Below, piece after piece: positions 46,946 to 58,495 of a DNA stretch of 64,000 nt. The notes beneath the pieces are model-generated. The model did no database searches and was not told the DNA's origin. It saw only the letters and a program-made list of their open reading frames with translations. Both the position numbers and the translations under genes were made by a program. The DNA comes from Sarea resinae (Eukaryota). Each line of letters begins with the position of its first letter. The stretch's first letter is position 1. The stretch spans positions 248,001 to 312,000 of the forward strand of contig JAPEUD010000001.1 in the NCBI GenBank assembly GCA_026026165.1, read 5' to 3'.

Positions 46946-49845
46946 CTAACTCCCCCATTCGCTACCCTTGCCCACCGTAGCCCGTCTGCCGTTACCGCGA
47001 TGATTGACGACCCTCATCCAATCCTCCCACTCCTTGGCAACCTCCATCAGAACACCACCCATGACGCCCGCGGAAGCCATCAGCCCGTGGCCCTCGCCCT
47101 CGAGAATGCGGACTTCGCACCTCCTCATCGTCTTGCCGAGCCACTTGACGTTCTCGACGGGGACCCGCGTGTCCTTGGACCCGTGATGGATGACCACCGA
47201 CCGAGTGATGTCGACGTACCTGAACCCAATCGTCTGCCGCCGCTCGAGACAGACGAGCAGGTCCACGGCCGGGTTGGCGTTCGTGGTCGCGAGGTCCCAG
47301 ATGGCGTGCGTCAGGCGGGCGTCGTAGATGGTTTGGCGCTCTTTCTCGGCCAGCGAGAACGCGGCGGCGGCAAGGATGCGGTTCGATTCGCTGTTGGGGT
47401 CGTCGGCCGGCGCCATGTCGGCTGCGGCTCGCGTGAGTGGTCGGTCGCCGTTCATGCCCGAGGGGTTATTGAGCATGGCGACGGATTCTGGACGGAGGAC
47501 AGGGGCCGGAGTCTCACGACCGCCGAGACCAGGGGTGTCGCGGCCCGTGGTGCCGACTTTCCGTTTCGTTCGGCGCGGCGATTTGGGGAGACTGCTCGTT
47601 ACGCTACTGCTAGTAGCACTCATGAAAGAAGAGTTGGCGGCTTTGAGGATGGTAGTTGGGAGGGCGCGGAGGATGCGTTGTGTGGTTGGTAGAGTGCCGG
47701 CCGGCGGGGAGTCTGGGTGAGTTGCGATAGGTGATAGCTGTGAGGGCGGGATCCACGGGGCTAGAAGGTGGATGCGGCCGCGGATGTGCTGGGGCATGCG
47801 GAGGGCGGTGGCCAGGGCGTAGATGGCGCCGGCTGAGTGGGCGAGAATCGAGAATTTCGTGATTTTGAGGGCCTGGCAGATTGCGTAGACGTCGTCTGGA
47901 TATGAGACGTGAGTAAGAGCAACTAGAATAGAAATGATCGGAATATCTTACCTGGCCATGCTAACGGCGTCCCTGACCCGTCGGAGTATGGCTGGCTTTC
48001 GCCCACACCGGGCCTGTCGGGAGTTATAAGTCTCAACTTGAGCGTCGCCGCGAGCTCATCGTAGAATGCAGTGATATATCGAGTCAAACCCATGCCGACG
48101 CAGCAGAACACTGCAAACCCTTCCGAATCTCCCACTTCCGAGAAGGATATCACTCGTCCTGTTTGTGGATGTCTTATCTTATGCGAGAGACGTGGCGAGC
48201 TGAGATATCTGTCGACAGCGTCGTCGATGGAATCGGCACTGGACGGGCGCTCTTCCGGGACCGTCAGTGGAGACTTCGCCGTAGGCACAGGGCTCTCCGT
48301 GTTTCTCGAGAATGAAAAGCGTCTTTGATGCTTTCCACCCGAAACGGGACTGGAGGGGTTAGACAGTCGTTTGAGACGTGAATTGGATCGGGATATGGGC
48401 GACACTGGCGAGGCATCGGAGACGGCTCGAGACACAGGCTTGCCTGTAAGAGAGCTGACGCGGTTTCCGCCATCTCGCACTTTCCTTTGCACAATCGAAG
48501 GAGACGGTGCGCTTTCTTCCACTGCGAGTTTCTCTTCTACTTGGATGCTCTGTGCGACTTGCACACTTGCTGTTGCACTTGCAGCAACTGGTGGTTCCAG
48601 GGGAGGCGGTGGTGGATACGATGGGGCACCATTCAACGGGCTTTGTGAGTTGAATGGAGTGAGCGGCAGTTTCGGGGGGTGCGGTCTCTCCTTTTTCGGT
48701 GGCTTCATATCCCTCAGGGCTTCCCCGTGCTTTAACACGATTTCATCGCCTCGTAGCCGCCGTTCTTCCTTCTCGTCGGTATCTGCATCCTCCTCAGGTG
48801 TGGGTTTGGGGCTGTGGCGACTCGAGCGGTACGACTGTCGCTTTTTCGAATTGCTGGTCTTCCGCAGAGAGGAGTCTCTCGTTGGTATGACTTTTCCGCC
48901 TCCGATCCCCGGCGGACTGGGGCTCGAGTTGGAGGTTCTCCCATTCGGCGAGGAGCCATTTCTCTGGCCCGGGGTAGTGGACGGCTCTTCATTAATGGCA
49001 GTTTCGGCCAGCATTGGTGACGAGCTTGGCGGTGGCATGCTCAATCTTATTCCTCCCGATCTTTCCATCCCGAGTGCCTCTGAACTCCCATAGGCACCGA
49101 AGCTTGCTCTTTTCCTCTCGTTCTCCTTGCCTCGGAGTCTTTCTTTCGAACTCATATACATCAAGCCTTTGTAACTCCGATTGCTCTTCTTGCTGGCGCT
49201 TTCTCCCGAGTCCCTGCTGGCGGTCGAGTCCCTGGGCAGACCGGGCTCTATACTCAAGCTGCCGATGCTGCTAACGTCATCTTTATCCTTCGACCCTTTT
49301 GACCCTGACCCCCTAGAGCCCGGCCTGAAATAGTTCTTGATCGGACTCGAACTATGGTCTCCACCGGGTGCTTGTGATGCAGTCAGAGGCGAGAATCCCG
49401 AAGGCGGCTTTGCGGTGCGTATCACGGGTGGCACAGCTGCATCGTCCGGGTGTAAGAAGTCATGCGAATGACTAGGCTGATTGTATGCTCCATAGTCCAT
49501 GCCAAACCCACCACCGGTCGGACTGCCAGGCATCGCGTCGTGGCCATCGGGGTTGAGATGGGGGAATGTCTCGTGGAAGGCGCTCGGCGAGGATGGGGTC
49601 GAACGGCTGGCACCGATGTTGGGCAGATTGTCGAAATGTTCCTTGGCGGGTGTCGAGATGGCCGAAAGAGATGATATCAAGGACGAGATGACCTCGGGGG
49701 ACGCTGGCTGGACCTGAACATAGTTGGAAGATCGCCTGTTGGGGTTGGACGAAGGCGGAGGCAAAGATGAGCGGCGTCGGCGGTGAGCCGGCAGCCGTAC
49801 AGACGATCGCACAGGGATCGGGGGAGGAGTGGCGGAGTTGGCCAT
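46946..49845 (-). CDS. Alpha/beta-hydrolase with a long disordered S/P-rich N-terminal region. Exons 49845-47952, 47895-46946 (947 aa)
   Basis: GRVISFSEVGD, LRLITPDRPGVGES, nucleophile elbow AHSAG, acid HHGSKDTRVP and histidine EGEGHGL. Confidence 0.9.
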
Positions 49846-51316
49846 TGGGAGGCAATCGTTGATCTGTTCGCAGTATCGATCCTACACGCAGTGTTCCACG
49901 AGGCCTCGTCTGCTGGTGACTCTGCTGTCTCTGTTTCTGTCGGGTTCCGTTCGATAGGTCGCATCCACTGATCAATTCATCACTTCTGTATACGGGCCTG
50001 GCACTCCGACTCGATCAGGATGGGCTCGAGGATGTCGAAAGCATGCCTGTCGGTGGATGATGGCTCAACTGTTGCGCCCGTGAATCTGACTTCGATCGTC
50101 ACCAGAGTTCGCAAGACGTGGATCCTGAAGGAGCTCGATGGGTGAGAGTGGAGTGCGCGCGCGCTGAGCTCAGGCGAGGGGGAGATTGATGGTGTCTGAG
50201 GGGAGGGTATCCCAGCTGGTCGCGAGCACAGTCCTCTTCCGATAGATGCTGTCGAGGTAGATGGATGACCCTATATGGAATGCGATAGATGGCTATTCAT
50301 CTTCTTGACGTCCTTGTGCGTCTCTCTCTCTCTCTCTCTGACATCGACGACACCGACGACGACGAAGGCGGAATCTCGAGGAAGAGAGTAGTACTGCTAG
50401 TATCCAGGACGGTACTCAGAGTACTCTCGAAGTGAAAGCATGTCGCCCTCCCACGCCCTGGACTAAATTGAGGCCGTTAGATTACCTCTGTACCCTGAAT
50501 GCAACGCAAGTGGGGAGCCGAGTTAGGGGTTGAGCGCACGCAGTAGCCGGCTGGAGTCTAGCACCGCGGACGAAGTACAAGCAAGTACCTACTCTACTAT
50601 GTACTCCGTACTGTAAGGGCGTCCCACGAGGACGAGTTTGATATTGTTGAAGTACTCCTACGTAGAGTACCGTGTACGAAGTGCTGGTGTCTACCGAGGA
50701 AGTACTCTGTCCGGTACCTGGCATGGGTCGAGCTGACGGCCCAACCCTAGCGTATCTCACAAGTACCGGCGTGGGCAGAGCGAGGTAGAGATACCGTGTG
50801 GCTGCAGATGGGCCCCGTCCATGCAGTCATCCAGTCATCCAGTCGATCAGACCAAGCCATCAACGAGAGATGGATCAGGCGATGGATCCAAAAGACAGAG
50901 AGAACACAGAGGAGATACGATTCGTACAGCCCGAGTACCTAACGAGTACTTCGTATCAGATCTGAGGCCTGTACTCCGGAGTAATGAATTGCATGGATGG
51001 CCTCCATGAACCACCGTATCCGCGTGCACCTCAGCTGGTTTACTACGGCAAGCGAGGGCGCAGCCGAGATGAAGGCCGTAAACGTCATACATCCAACGGC
51101 GCATCCATCCAATGCGATCAAGCTTACCTAGTAGGTACCGTAGGTGTCCTCCAGCCTCCAGGGAGAATGAATGCTCACGACCATTGCTCCTCGGCCCATC
51201 CTTCATCTCTGAATATACCTTCCATATATACCATAGTAACGAAGAGCTCTCCATCTCTGCGCGGGCATCTAAATGATACTATCTTCTTTTCCGGCTGAAC
51301 GACTCATCTCGCAACA

Positions 51317-52377
51317 ATGGACGCCATCCTGTCCCTCCCCGCGCTGTCCTTCCTCGCCATCCCCGCCATCGGCAGCTACAGCACCTCCTTGAACCTGCTC
51401 TTCTTCTACATGACCTGGTCCACCCTCGTCCTCTCCCACTCCCCGCTCAACGTCGAGATCTTTGGCACCCTAGCCATCCGCATCCTATTCTTCATCCTGC
51501 CTTCGACGCTGTTCATGCTCTTCGACAGCGCCGTGCCCAGTCTCGCCGTCGCGCTCAAAGCGCAGGGCGATATCGCCCTGCCCGTGCGCGGGAGCAGCCG
51601 ATCGGATGGAGGGCGCAAATGGTGGCTCGTCGCCGGTGTGGCTACCGTGAATGTGCTGTTGGGTGTGGCGCTCCAAATCGGAGTGGAGCTGTTGTTCACG
51701 AAAGTGTTGACGTTCAGAAGTGCGCTGAAGGTGACGACGAGGTTGCCGATGCCGTGGGGCATCTTCAAGGATCTGTCGCGTGGGCTGCTGCTTAGAGAGG
51801 TGAGTTCAGGATCAATGCGCCCTTGCGGACAGTGTCTAGGTGCTAACATTCGAGTGAGAAATAGGTCCTGCAGTATTACATCCATCGCTACGTTCTGCAT
51901 TCGCCATCTTCCCGTGTCGCAAAGTGGCATCAGTCGTGGCAGCACAGCATCAAGGCGCCTTACTCCTTCGTCGCAAATTATGACCACCCAGTCGCCTGGT
52001 TGCTGGTCCATTGGCTGCCCGTCTATCTCCCGGCAGCCGTTTTCCGCTATCACTTGCTGACCTACCACATGCTGCTTGCGCTGGTGTCTCTCGAAGAGAC
52101 GTTTAGCTACTCGGGATATTCGGTCCTGCCATCGTCATTCATCCTAAGTGGCATTGCGCGCAGGGTGGACTCACACCTCATGGGCGGCGGAAAAGGCAAC
52201 TTTGCACCGTGGGGTATCATGGACTGGATCCATGGCACGTCTGTGGGAGACGGGGTGGAAGAGGATGTCAGGAACGAGATGGGGAAGCATGACGCGCAGG
52301 GGAAGGCTCAAGATTCGCTTGAGCAGGTCAAGGCGAAGGGGAAGAGGAGCTTGAGGTCGAATTCGAAGGCGGATTAA
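51317..52377 (+). CDS. Sterol desaturase/fatty acid hydroxylase superfamily membrane protein with degenerate His boxes. Exons 51317-51799, 51865-52377 (331 aa)
   Basis: E|VLQYYIHRYVLH, YDHP, YSGY and GNFAPWGIMDWIHGT follow the fatty acid hydroxylase family pattern. Confidence 0.85.
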
Positions 52378-52742
52378 CTGTTGGTCACGGTTGGGGACGT
52401 TGGTCTGCAAAAGTCGAAGTGGACGCTCATCTTATCGTTAGTGCTAGCACAGTAGCTGACACCTGTTGTTCTCGAGCGCGTTGTTTTCTTGGTTGGAGCT
52501 TTCTGGAGATACCCGGGCTGAACGTCAATTCATCTATTATTTCCCTCTCTGCACGTGAATCATTTGAAATCTTGAACTTGATTTGAAACGCGATTTGTGT
52601 GAAAGCCTTGGTACAGAAATCTGCAAAAGAGGCATTAGGCCCAGCCAACCACATCCGCGCCATGCGTTCTGTTCCACAACCAGATCGTTCGGTCACAGCC
52701 TTTATCCCCCACCTCGCTATCGCACTCCCACTCCGTTGACAT

Positions 52743-53634
52743 CTACCATTTCATCTCGTGTGGTCGGTCGCCCTTGCGCAGGCTGAAGGTGCTTCCCAGA
52801 TAGTTGATGAGGTAGGGCTCCTTCTTGATGTTGGTCAAGAGAGCCTTGTCGACGGCCTTTTGGTCCGCTGCACGTGTGCTGGACGGCTTCTTCTTCTGTG
52901 AATAACATCTGTTAGCTACTTTGATTTTCCGATCGCCCAAAAATGAGTCTGCCACGAACCTCTGGCTTCTCGCCCTGCTTGAAGAAAGCTTCCTCTCCCT
53001 TCTTCTCCGCCTTCTTGTCCCTCGCAAAGTAGCCCTCGCTGCCGACCTTCTCGACGGTCTGCGAGTCGATGCCGCTCAGGTCGACCTTGGCGCTCGTGGC
53101 AATGACGTATCTGGCGTTGACTCTTCGGAGAGGAACACCATTGACCTTGTAGGGGCCGGTGACCAAGAGGACACCTTGGGGAAGGTGCTTGAGGAGAACG
53201 ACACGCTTACCGCGGAAGCGGCCAGCGAGGAGGATAAGGACGGTACCGGGCTGAAGAGACGCACGCGGCTTTGCGGGGTGGATGGATTTGCGAACCTAGG
53301 ATAATCTAAGTTAGATATTGCAGATGCGAACATGAAGAATGAGACTGCGAAGCTGGATTCGTCAAAGGAAAGCTGCCATGTCGTATATGACTCGTCTCGA
53401 GAACGATCGCAATGTTCAGACCACAGGAACTGTAGCTGCCACCCCGAAGATGTCCTTGACTCCTCCGCGCTCGCAATCTCGCGGCATCACGGCGACCCGA
53501 CGTACCTTCTTGGGCTGGTTGTCATCCTCAGCGGGATACCACTTCTTCGCCTTCTGGCTAGGATGCGGCACCTCCCTCTCGCCCTTGCCAAACTTCTTCG
53601 TCACGCCGGCAGGCGTTTCCGATGGGGCCGACAT
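52743..53634 (-). CDS. RPL6: 60S ribosomal protein L6 (eL6). Exons 53634-53506, 53295-52960, 52895-52743 (205 aa)
   Basis: [52 protein letters not shown] and [14 protein letters not shown]. Confidence 0.97.
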
Positions 53635-53782
53635 ATCGATATGTGATGACGAAGGACCGTAATTGGGTGTTCCGCCGGTTCCTTTGTTGTCGTCGTCGTC
53701 GTTGTCGTTTGGAGTTGGTTGACGGCTCCTCTTCGATGGTTGTGCTGGAACCTGTACTGTAGCGAAGGGACAAGAAGCTCGA

Positions 53783-53813
53783 GTGTGCCCTAACGAGCCG
53801 ATGTGTGCCCTAT
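53783..53813 (-). promoter_or_regulatory. Direct repeat TAGGGCACAC x2 (20-bp period) upstream of RPL6; Tbf1/Homol-E-like ribosomal protein promoter element
   Basis: gtgtgcccta at 53783 and 53803, about 150-180 bp upstream of the RPL6 ATG. TAGGG cores are known fungal RP-promoter motifs; the assignment is inference. Confidence 0.45.
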
Positions 53814-54165
53814 CGACTTTCGAGATTAAGCGAGCCCATCACTACGGGACGGCTAGTCGTCCGATCGCGCAGCAGCAGCAGCAGCATACCCGGCTGATAC
53901 TGTCTGCCGTAGCGTCCTCACCGTGGGCTCTCCGTTCCAGGGCTCCACCACGCGCTTCCATTGCCTTGAGTACCTCCACTAGGTACGAAGTTGCTTGATA
54001 CCTACCTACCTAAGTACGTACCGCAGTACGAGTACTTCGTAGTAGGTCCTGAGGTCCCTCGGTCTTGGCAGGCTTGCTCCAACTGGGGCAATTAGCTTGA
54101 ATGTACTACTCCGGAGTAGACCTTCAGTTGACCTGATCTAATCCAGTCGTAGAGCTGCGTCACGG

Positions 54166-54173
54166 CAGTCACA
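54166..54173 (+). promoter_or_regulatory. Homol-D box (CAGTCACA) in the RPL6/RPN13 divergent promoter
   Basis: Exact CAGTCACA; the same 10-mer GCAGTCACAT occurs upstream of RPL9. Confidence 0.5.
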
Positions 54174-54218
54174 TATATGCCCAAATCGAGCATTCAGCCT
54201 CTCATCCTCCATCCGAAA

Positions 54219-54227
54219 CTTGCCACC
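54219..54227 (-). promoter_or_regulatory. PACE-like Rpn4 site (GGTGGCAAG) upstream of RPN13
   Basis: One mismatch to yeast PACE GGTGGCAAA, about 35 bp before the ATG of a proteasome gene. It may lie in the 5'-UTR. Confidence 0.4.
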
Positions 54228-54262
54228 ATCTACGTCGATTCTCTCTAGGCAAGAGTCCGATC

Positions 54263-55860
54263 ATGTCGATCCTGCCGATAATTACTTTCAAGGCGGGGAT
54301 GTGTGATCTTGACGTAGGTAGTCCCTCCTGTCGAGATGATATGAATTGCATTGTTGCTCTGCAAGCCGAAGGACAGGATCATATTGACGTTCGTGATTTC
54401 AGACCACCGTTTCCCCGCCCAAAGTCAAGCCACAGCCTCAGCCGGGCTACATCTATCTTTACTCCGAAGATGGTAGCTTCCACCCAGTCCCAAATTCCAC
54501 ATCGTGATACTGACATGAGCCTCGTAAGATCTTGTTCACTTCTGCTGGCGTTCACGTTCCGCGCCGCTGAGTCAACCCGAGCTTGATCTCGTCATGGTAC
54601 CCACGGATGGACACTTCCAGCCGTATGACTACGACGAGCAGCCCGCAACATCGACGCAGATCAAGACGCCGACGAATGGGCGGATATACGTACTCAAATT
54701 CTCTTCAAGTTCGCAACGACACCTATTCTGGCTACAGTCCAAGAGCCAACATCCACAAGGCAACCCTGGTTGGTTCAGCCCCAGAGATCTGCGGCTAGGG
54801 AAGATCGTCGATGAGCTTCTGCAGGGCGAAGAGGTGGATGTGCAAGAGGAGATCGCCAACATTCGAGACAATGACGGCGACGATGATGAGCCGATGGAAG
54901 ATGTAGAGGGCACTGGAGACGAGCCTAGTCACCATCGAGGCGGCAGTGGAGGTGCTGGGGCTGATGCTACCGGCGGGGATATCAGGGAAGAAGGAGCGGA
55001 TGCGAGAGAGGGAGGGGCTGATGGAGGTAGAGCGTAGGTCATCTCTTCTCATAAATTTTGCAGCCTCAATGGCGCAGAGGCATGATTTCGGCTTCATTTG
55101 CTGCATTCATCGTTTTCAAGGGAGTTTAGCATGGCCTCTGCGTTTCTTTGGCAAAAGCTCTGTACGCAGGACAGAAAGCAATAGAATCTTGTGCCCAACT
55201 CTCCCAGAGTCAACATGAGTGATTGCTATGCGCTTCATTATTCGGTCCACAGCTGTCAAATTCTGGTTCCGCTAACGCTCTATTCCTTTTTTTCATAGTG
55301 CTTCGGCCGCTGCAAACGACCCATCGGCTATTGTTCAGAACTTCCTCAATTCTCTGAAGGGCGGCCAAGGCGCAGGAGGCGGACAACAGCAGGGCGCACC
55401 CTCAACAACGCTTCCGGATCTGTTACCCCCAGCTTCTACGATACCAGTCATTGAGGCTGCGGACTCGTCCTCTGTTGATCATCTACTTTCTTATCTCCCC
55501 CCAACTCTTCCTCTCATAGCCCAAGAGACGGATGACTTTACCAGGGCGGAGCCCAACTCGGAGACAACGCAAGCGGCTCTGCAGTCCCTAAGCTTAGGCC
55601 AGAAGAAAGATCTTCTCAAGCGGGTGCTACGATCTCCTCAATTCTCGCAGAGCCTTGGCAGCCTCACGTTTGCGCTGCAGGACGGCGGACTACCAAGTGT
55701 CAGCGATGCATTGGGCATCAAAGTCGAGAATGGGGGGTTTATGAAGCGAGGAGGAATGCCGCTCGGAGGGAGGGAAGCCATTGAGGCCTTTTTGGATGGC
55801 GTGAAGAGGTCGGTCGAGGATGAGGGCACTGCTGACCCAGGCCGGATGGATACAGACTAG
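54263..55860 (+). CDS. RPN13: Proteasome ubiquitin receptor Rpn13/ADRM1 (Pru + DEUBAD). Exons 54263-54313, 54403-54472, 54529-55033, 55299-55860 (395 aa)
   Basis: IITFKAG, GYIYLYSED, DLVHFCWR, NGRIYVLKFSSSSQRHLFWLQ; C-terminal LRSPQFSQSLGSLTFAL DEUBAD-type motif. Confidence 0.92.
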
Positions 55861-56424
55861 GAACAGATATCCTGCAGTACCTAGAGTAATACTAGTTGAT
55901 TCCAGAGTGAATAAATAAATACGCTGGGGCTGTCAAATCGTGATTGACATTGGAGTAGAAACATGCAGCGTTCGACACCACTGAAACGGGTTAGCGTCAT
56001 TCACGCATTTCGCTCACGACTTCTCGCTTGGACATGGTCGCGAATGGATCGCCCTCTGTCGGTGCTGATGAAGACGGGACGAAACGAGCTTCAAAGGGAA
56101 CTTCCAAAATCCTGGACGCGACAGCTCGCCCTCAACTCAACCGGGCAGGAAAACAATTCGCCTCCTTGCCCGTCATTCTCCGCCATCTGCGTCTTGATTA
56201 CGATCTCGCGGTCTCTTGGATCCTTTGCTGACGCGCGCTGATCTCCCTTGCCCAGAACAGTCACGCCGAAGAGCAGCGCGTTATCCCTGGGCCGAGTCGA
56301 AGCCCTCGTCCTTGACCTCTAGTCGTTGTCGTCGTACAGCTGAAGCCATCAGAGACTGGAGGGCAACTGTGCGGGCCACGGAAGCCAGGCTATGGTATAG
56401 ACTGCTACCAACGGTCGAGCTGCC

Positions 56425-58495
56425 ATGCCGCCCCCTCAAGCCTTCCTCTCGAGCTATGCGCCTCGATTGCGCACCTATGGCAACTCTCTGCTCACTCCTG
56501 TCGTCCAACCTACTACGAACCAGGTTGCGTCAACTTCGCGCACGACGAAACGCGGGACGCTCGCTGTAAACTATGCTGAAGACGGCTATGACGATGATGA
56601 TTTTGAGGACAGCGAAGGCCCTCGAAGACCGACGGGTCTGAGAAGTCTGAGGAGAGAGGATCCCAGCCAGGATAAGGGTGTTCCAGCCGGTAAAGTTGGA
56701 GAGGAGCTCTCGGCGCCTGTGGATGTCCAGGGAATATGGCGAGATTGGATGGGACGGCCGAAGTTTGGAAGGTGAGTCAAGCTCTCAGCAGTAAATGCTT
56801 GCTTCATCAAGGATCGAAGCAGAATATGCTAACTCGTGCTTTCAAGAGGTGACAAGCAAGCTCACGCCCAGATAGGACTACCTCTAGTACTGATACCCAT
56901 TCGCATTGATCTCGACATCCCATCCTTCACCCCCACCCCCGCATTACCTCTCCCGGCCAACGCGCACGACTTCAACATCAATCCCGCCCTTCCAGCTTAC
57001 AGAACTCCTGACCCTACACCCCCTTACCGACTCAAAGACTTCTTCTTGTGGAACCTCCACGAGACACTGATGACGCCGGACCAATTCGCCACCATCCTCG
57101 TCAACGACCTCGATCTCCCCAATTCCGCGGCTCTGGCCGTCCAGATCAGCAATCAGATCCGCACTCAGCTGGAAGAATATGCGGGCGTCGCTCTCCATCC
57201 ACTCTTTCACTCCGTGCCGACGGCCAGTGGCACCACTAAAGCCGTCAGAGGTGGCCCTCTCTCTCAATCTCGAGACCACTCTGCTACCCCCGTCCCAACC
57301 ACGACAGCCGTAACCCCACTCACCAATGGCATCGTCCAAACAAATGGCTACGCCTCGCGCTCCAAAACCCAAGCCGCCATCTCCGCAACCGCGAGTCCCC
57401 TTCCCATGGCGCCAGCCTTCTCTTCTTCCGTTGACGGCAGCACGGGCAGCTACAACCCAGACGACACCTACCGCTGCATCATCACGCTGAACATCAACCT
57501 CCTCAATAAACTCTACACGGACAAATTCGAATGGTCCCTGCTCCACCCGCCGGGCGCCGCCGAACGGTTCGCAAAGCAGACTTGTGCCGACCTTGGTTTG
57601 GCGGGCGAGTGGGTCCCCGCCATGACACACGCAATCTACGAAGCCGTCTTACGCCTGAAGAAGGAAGCTTGCGAGAGCGGCGGGCTGGTCGGCGGGACGG
57701 GTTATGGTGGCGAAATGGACAATCTAGCAGCCGAGGGCGCCGAGGCCGGTTGGCGGTTCGACAACGAGCACCTCGCGGACGAATGGGAGCCCAAAGTGGA
57801 AACGCTATCGAAAGAAGAAATCGAGAAGCGTGAAGGCGACCGCGAACGCCAGATCCGACGGCTCCGGAGAGAGACGGCGCGGTTCAGCTCGACCACGAAT
57901 ATGGCGGGCGGCATGCCCACGCCCGGTGGCGGCGGCGGCGGCTACTTCGATATGCCCGAGACGTCGGAGACGCCAATGGGCCGCGGCGAGCGGAGTAAGA
58001 AGAAGAGGCGCTTTAGAAGCTTGAGTCCTACGGGACGCGGGGGAACTCCCGGGGGCAGGGGCACGCCCGATGCGGGTGGAGGTGGTGCGGTGGCAGGGTA
58101 TGGAGGTGCGGGGGCATTGACAGATTGGTATGTGTCTCTCTCTCTCTCTCCTCTTTATATCGTGTCATTATCGCCTCGAAAGCGTGCCTTCAATAAGCTA
58201 ACATATTCCAGGGAACGTCAATCGTGGCGTTGTGCGCACTGTCTAGTTTGGGGCTCGGGCGTCTGGGCCGTCCGGGATGGGCCCGCTGGGCCTAGGGTAT
58301 GTCTCCAATCTCCCCTTGACTTCCCTCGCCCCACCACCCCTCGAAACCAGAGTCATCTTCTCCATGATAAAGCTAACACGATCCGCATCACAGTCCCTTT
58401 GTCACAATTGCGGTCTATCATACGAGCGCGAACGCCACCTACCAGCCTGGTCCAAAGACCTGCACAAGAACGACCTGCCAGCCGGTTTGCGGTGA
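56425..58495 (+). CDS. SFH1: RSC complex subunit Sfh1 (SNF5 family) with C-terminal GATA-like zinc finger. Exons 56425-56771, 56847-58127, 58212-58296, 58394-58495 (604 aa)
   Basis: PQAFLSSYAPRLR, LIPIRIDLD, KDFFLWNLHE, YTDKFEWSL and WEPKVETLSKEEIEKREGDRERQIRRLRRET. Confidence 0.93.

Noticed and set aside
53405..53492. C/D-box snoRNA in RPL6 intron 1 (GTGATGC...CTGA)
   Set aside because: The box C is imperfect, there is no clear terminal stem, and I recognise no rRNA guide; kept only as a structured intron.
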